Positions 59,213-64,000 of a DNA stretch of 64,000 nt are shown here, one piece after another (position 1 is the first letter of the stretch; every line of letters begins with the position of its first letter). A program made the translations under genes and the position numbers. The notes below the pieces were generated by a model. The model was not told where the DNA came from. It did no database searches and was given only the letters and a program-made list of their open reading frames with translations. Origin of the DNA: Scyliorhinus canicula (taxonomy: Eukaryota); contig NC_052149.1 in assembly GCF_902713615.1 (NCBI RefSeq), forward strand, positions 126,049,256 to 126,113,255, given 5' to 3'.

Positions 59213-61258
59213 GTAGGCCAGGCCCCTCATATCGCGCACGCCGATTGGTGGCCCCGGATCGCTGGCCTGGCCGTTGTGGAGGACTCCCCCCCCCCCCCCC
59301 CCCCCCGCCGGAGACTGATCCCCCTGCCCCCCCCACCAGGAGGGCCACCGCAGCCGCGACGCCGAGCTCCCGCCAGGTGGAACCATACGTGAACCACGTC
59401 GGTGGGAACTCGGCCGGTCGACCGTGGAGGATCGCCACGGGGGCCTCTTTCAATGGCCCCTGACCGGCGCCGCATTGACCGCGTGCACGTGACTGGCGCT
59501 GATTCTCCGGTCGCCGGAGGTTCACATCCCGCCGTCAGACCCGATCTCCATTCTCTGTCCCTGTGCCGAGCGTGATTTCGGCGCAGAGAAACCCGGCCAA
59601 TGTGCTTTGCAGCCTGCAGACATAATTTGCTTTTTTTAGATTCTGTCGACGAGGTCATTGCTGTGTGGAGCCACGGAAGGCAGAGAGACATTTTGTAAAG
59701 TTGTGCAGGATCAATATTCATTTGGAGAAACTTTGCAGAGAGGAGTTGAATTCTGATCTGCCTGGCGCAGAGTCCACAATTCTCCCACATTCAGATGGAT
59801 TGAGCGCTGTGTGTCTCTTTTCTTGTTGTTCAAAGGGAATTGAGTTGTTTAAGGGGTAAGTGTGAGCTGTTATTTTGGGATGTGAAATTTAACAGCTAGT
59901 ATTGTATTCATATTAAACTTTTGTATTGAAATGACCAAATTCTATTTCTTCATGCAACCACTCCTGGTGGAAATCATTCTTTCCGCAGAGTCTGACAAAT
60001 AAACTTAAATATTGGATCCAGTTTCAGAGCCGCTGTTGGAGTCGAGTCTGGGATCATTTTAATGGATAAACCAGTTCTCCACCACATCCTTTCAAGTCTG
60101 CGTCACTTGGATTAAGTGAGTGGAGATGAGGCCGTAGCAGGGGGAACGGTCAGGGTGAGAGAGAGGAATGGTTTTATTGGGAACAAGGATATCAAAGGTG
60201 GAGGTGAGGGTGAGGTTGGGTAAATCAGTCGCTGCAGAAATGTTGTGGTGATCGGAGGGCTAGAGACAGATAGTTGGCATTTTGAAGGTGCCGTTGGAAG
60301 TGAATTGGGGAATAGGTTTTTCCAGGGATGGATACAGAAGGGGGTAGGGTTGGGGTGTGGAAGGGGGATGTGGGTGGGGAGTGATACAAGGACGTGATCA
60401 GAGATGGTCTTATCTGTGATTGAAACTATGGGAATAGTGAGACCACGTGAGATGATCAGGTCAAGGGGGAGGTGGGAATATGGGTTGGAGAATTGTGATT
60501 GTGATGATTTAATCCCAGCAACTTTCAGTCTCTTTTCTGATTTGAATCTTGTAAACTCAGAGATTACAGATAAAACTGATCATTTTAAAATGATTGATAA
60601 TTGTCTTTGAATCCAAGCTTCTGCCGATGTGTCATTGATTGACAGGCCAACTAGCCAATCATGACAATCACTTGCTGAAATGTAGCCAATCAGCTGATGG
60701 GGAGGAGGAACATTTCCAAAGCACACACGAGACACAGACTGAATATTCTTAATGTTTATTACCTTTTACAGATTTACATTGTCAGAAAAAAGACTTGAAT
60801 AAACAGCCCAGCCAGAGAAAGCTGGAGAAATTCACAGGGAAAATATGGAGATTTTCTCAATGACATGAGAATCCTGTCCATTTAAACGGTGACTAAACCT
60901 TAAATTGTAACTGCAGGGTGAGCAGGAAGGAGGTCTGGTTTCCTGAAGCAGAGATTTCAGGGGTCACGTTATTTTGGTACAGCTGACAGTCTTCAGCATC
61001 TTAGAGAGGTTTTACTTGGCATCACGAGTCTGCACTGTCCCATCAAACATTCCCAGGACAGATGCTGCATGGGATTATGTACAGAGTAAATATCCCTCTG
61101 CACTGTCCCAAAAACATGTCTTAACCCCTGACCCTCAGTAGTGCCTCAGTCCCGAGAAGGAGAGAGTTGTAATTCAGTGCTGACAATGACCTTTGCCCTC
61201 CCAGCTCACCCCTGTTCTATTTAAAGTTATGTCTCCTCTGTGGACTGTCTCTAATACT

Positions 61259-61587
61259 CTACACACATTCTGATCTCCTGATGCTCTTGCTGAGGGCAGA
61301 GGAGAGGCTCACGTGGGTGAGGGCACAGGAGAAGCTGGCGTTGGACTCCCAGGCAGAGCCAGAGAGGGTCAGCAGGCTGCTGACGCTGTAGGTGTTGTCC
61401 GAAGCTCGCAGGTAGTTGCTGGTCTGAACCCCGTCCGAAATGGCTGCACCATCCTTCTTCCACTCCACCACCAGCTCATCGGGATAGAAGTGATTGGCAA
61501 GGCACACCAGGGTGGCAGTGCCCTTGGTCCTGACCTCCTCCGGGGAGGGGGGCAGCAGGGTCAGTGTAGGTTGTGAATTCTCACGGC
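61259..61587 (-). CDS. IGKC: Second Ig kappa-type constant exon (inverted paralog; its J and V are presumably beyond the window)
   Basis: 5 differences in 329 bp from 31531-31859; intact acceptor, stop and AATAAA (60755-60760). Confidence 0.96.
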
Positions 61588-61993
61588 CTGAAAGAGAGGG
61601 AAAGGAATTTAAATCTCTACCATTATAAAGGATTTAATCTTCCTGAAGATTACCTGGGATCAAATCAATGTCAGTGTATATGTCTGTGCAGATGATCTAG
61701 AATGGAAAATCCATTCTCGGGAACTTCTTTCACCTGTACCGAAAAATCCCAACAAGAAAAGAGGCAGCTTTGGACAGTTTTCGCGATTAAATCTGGGCAG
61801 GCGAAGGGGTATCAGTGGAAGAGTATTTGGGTAATAGTGATCATAATTCAGTTAGATTTAGAGTAGTCATGGAAAAGGATAAAGATAAACCAAGAGTAAA
61901 AGTTTTAAATTGGGGAAAGGCCACTTTTACAAAACTGGGATTTGCCAAAATGACTTCTACGTTATTATTACTTATTTTTTCTGTTCGGTGAAC

Positions 61994-62301
61994 CCAGGTT
62001 CGAATCCCATCACAGCAGATGGCTAAATTTGAATCCAATCAAAATTGAATTCAATGTTTAATGATGACCCTGAAATGACTGTTGATTGTTGTAAAAGCCC
62101 ATCTCGTTCCCTAATGTCCTTTTGGGAAAGAAGTCTGCCGTCCTTACGTGGTCTGGCCTACATGTGATTCCAGGCTAACAACAATTTGGTTGACATCTGG
62201 GAAAACACTTCTGAAATGCAGCCACTTAGAGGGCAATTAGGGATGGGCAATAACTGCTGGCCCAGAAAATGACACCCACACCAATGAATACATTTAAAAA
62301 A
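61994..62301 (+). mobile_element. DeuSINE (SacSINE1-like)
   Basis: B-box GGTTCGAATCC, Deu domain, tail GGGCAATTAGGGATGGGCAATAA, A-rich end. Confidence 0.75.
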
Positions 62302-63772
62302 CAATTCACCCAGCAACGTGGAAAATTGCCCAGGTTTGTCCTGCACACACCAAACAGGACAAATCCAACCCGGCCGATTACTGCTCCATCAGGCTACTCT
62401 CGATCATCAGTAAGGGATGATCAACAGGGCTATCAAGTGTCGTTCAGTCTTGGGGTCACTCAGCTCCTGACCTCATTACAGCCTTGGTTCAAACATGGAC
62501 AAAAGAGCTGAACTCCAGCGGTGAGGCCAGAGTAACTGCCCTTTGACCTCGAGGCAGCATTTGACCAAGTTTGGTATCAAGGAGCCCGAGCAAAACTGGC
62601 GTCAATGGGAATCAGGGGGAAAACTCTCCGCTGGTTGGAGTCATACCCAGCACAAAGGAAGATAACTGTGAATATTGGAGGTCAGTCATCTCTGTCCTCG
62701 GACATCCACACAATCCCTACAGTGCAGAAAGAGGCCATTTGACCCTTTGAGTCGGCACCAGCCCTCCAAAACAGTACCGCACCCAGGTCCACTCCCCCGG
62801 CCAATCCCCACAGACCAATCTAACCTTTGGATTCTAATTCACAATTCAACCTGGCTAATCCACTTAACCTGAATTTTCTTGGACTGTGGGAGGAAACCGG
62901 AGCACCCAAAGAAAACCCATGCAGACAGCGGGAGAACGTGCAAAATCCATAAAGTCACCCAAGGTTGGAATTGAACACATGTCTCCGGCGCTGTGAGGCA
63001 GAAGTGCCAACCACTCTGCCACCATGGACATTACTCACGGGTTCTTCAGGGGAGGCTCCGAGGCTCAACCAGCTTCAGCTGCTTCATGAATGACTTTCTT
63101 TCTGTCATGAGGTCAGACGTGGGGATGTTCATTCATGACTGCACAATGTTCAGCACAATGTTCAGCACCATTCACAACTCCACAGACACTGAAGCAGACC
63201 TTGCCCTATTACAACAAGGCCTGGACAAAACCCCGGTTTGGGCTGGCAACTGGCAAGTAACATTTGTGCCAGACAATGACCATCTCCAACAAGAGAGAAT
63301 CTAACCATTAACCCTTCACATTCAAAGGCAGTACCTTCACTAAGTTCCCGATTATCAGCATCCTGCAGGTTACCAATTACCAGAAACTGAACTGGACTAA
63401 CCATATAAATACTGTGACGACAAGAGCAGGTCAAAGATGAGGAATCCTGTGGCAGGTAACTCACCTCCTGACTCCCTAAAGCTTATCCACCATTTACAAG
63501 GCACAAGCTGGGAGTGTGATGGAATACTCTCCACTTCCCTGGATGAGTGCAACTTCAAAAGCACTCAAGGAGCTCAACACCATCCAGGACAAAGAACCCC
63601 CACATGATTGGTACCCCACCCACAAACATTCTCTCCCTCCACCACTGATGAACAGTGGCAGCCGTCTGTACCATCTACAAGATGCACTGCATGATCTCAC
63701 CAAGGTTCCTTGGGCAGCAGCTTCCAAACCCACAACCACGACCATCTAGAAGGACAAAGGCAGCAGATACAT
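62302..63772 (+). mobile_element. Deu-LINE RT fragments with an antisense SINE (about 62712-63022)
   Basis: AAFD.VW.QG and MF..DCTMF motifs; the SINE core reads on the minus strand. Confidence 0.65.
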
Positions 63773-64000
63773 GGGTCGGGATTCTCCAGAAACGTGGCTA
63801 AGTGTTGGCGCCGGCATAAACACCGGAGTGCTTCACGCCGGCATCAATGGGTGTCTTGGTCCAGCGATTCTGTATCCCACAGGGAGCCAGCACGGCACTG
63901 GACTACTCTGCGCTGCTCCAGCTGCCATACGCAGCTCTGCAATGCTGGCCGCGGGTCCACACATACGTGTGGCGGCCGCTTCCACGCCAGCACTGCACAA

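Larger units (their letters stand above)
54903..59600. mobile_element. Harbinger-like MITE split by a large solo LTR; another family member at 63773-64000
   Basis: 54903-55174 aligns with 63773-64000; GC-rich sequence resumes at 59213. Confidence 0.65.

Noticed and set aside
59620-60056. Possible degenerate LTR
   Set aside because: Family resemblance only; no clear TG..CA ends or TSD.

Overview
Repeat-dense genomic DNA from a cartilaginous fish (inferred from the Ig sequences and the SINE/LINE families). The core is an immunoglobulin light-chain locus of the shark kappa type (NS4/type III-like). There is one complete, unrearranged plus-strand cluster: leader 25877-25925, V 26112-26407 with a perfect 12-RSS, a 23-RSS with J 26821-26855, and C 31531-31859. 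A second, 98.5% identical C exon lies on the minus strand (61259-61587), so two clusters face each other tail-to-tail. The rest is nested mobile DNA: a full-length L1/Tx1-type LINE, two long CR1 copies, a tRNA/Deu-headed LINE, L2 and Rex1 fragments, many SINEs and Harbinger-type elements. It also holds an internally deleted tRNA-Ile-primed class I ERV with matching LTRs, a young pol-less LTR element with an intact 1154-aa repeat-built ORF, a decayed Gypsy, several solo LTRs (one swollen by about 80 copies of a 36-bp unit), and a Penelope-type palindrome containing a minimal hammerhead ribozyme. Most long ORFs in the track are tandem-repeat or retroelement artefacts. All identities and alignments were done by eye and need computational confirmation.
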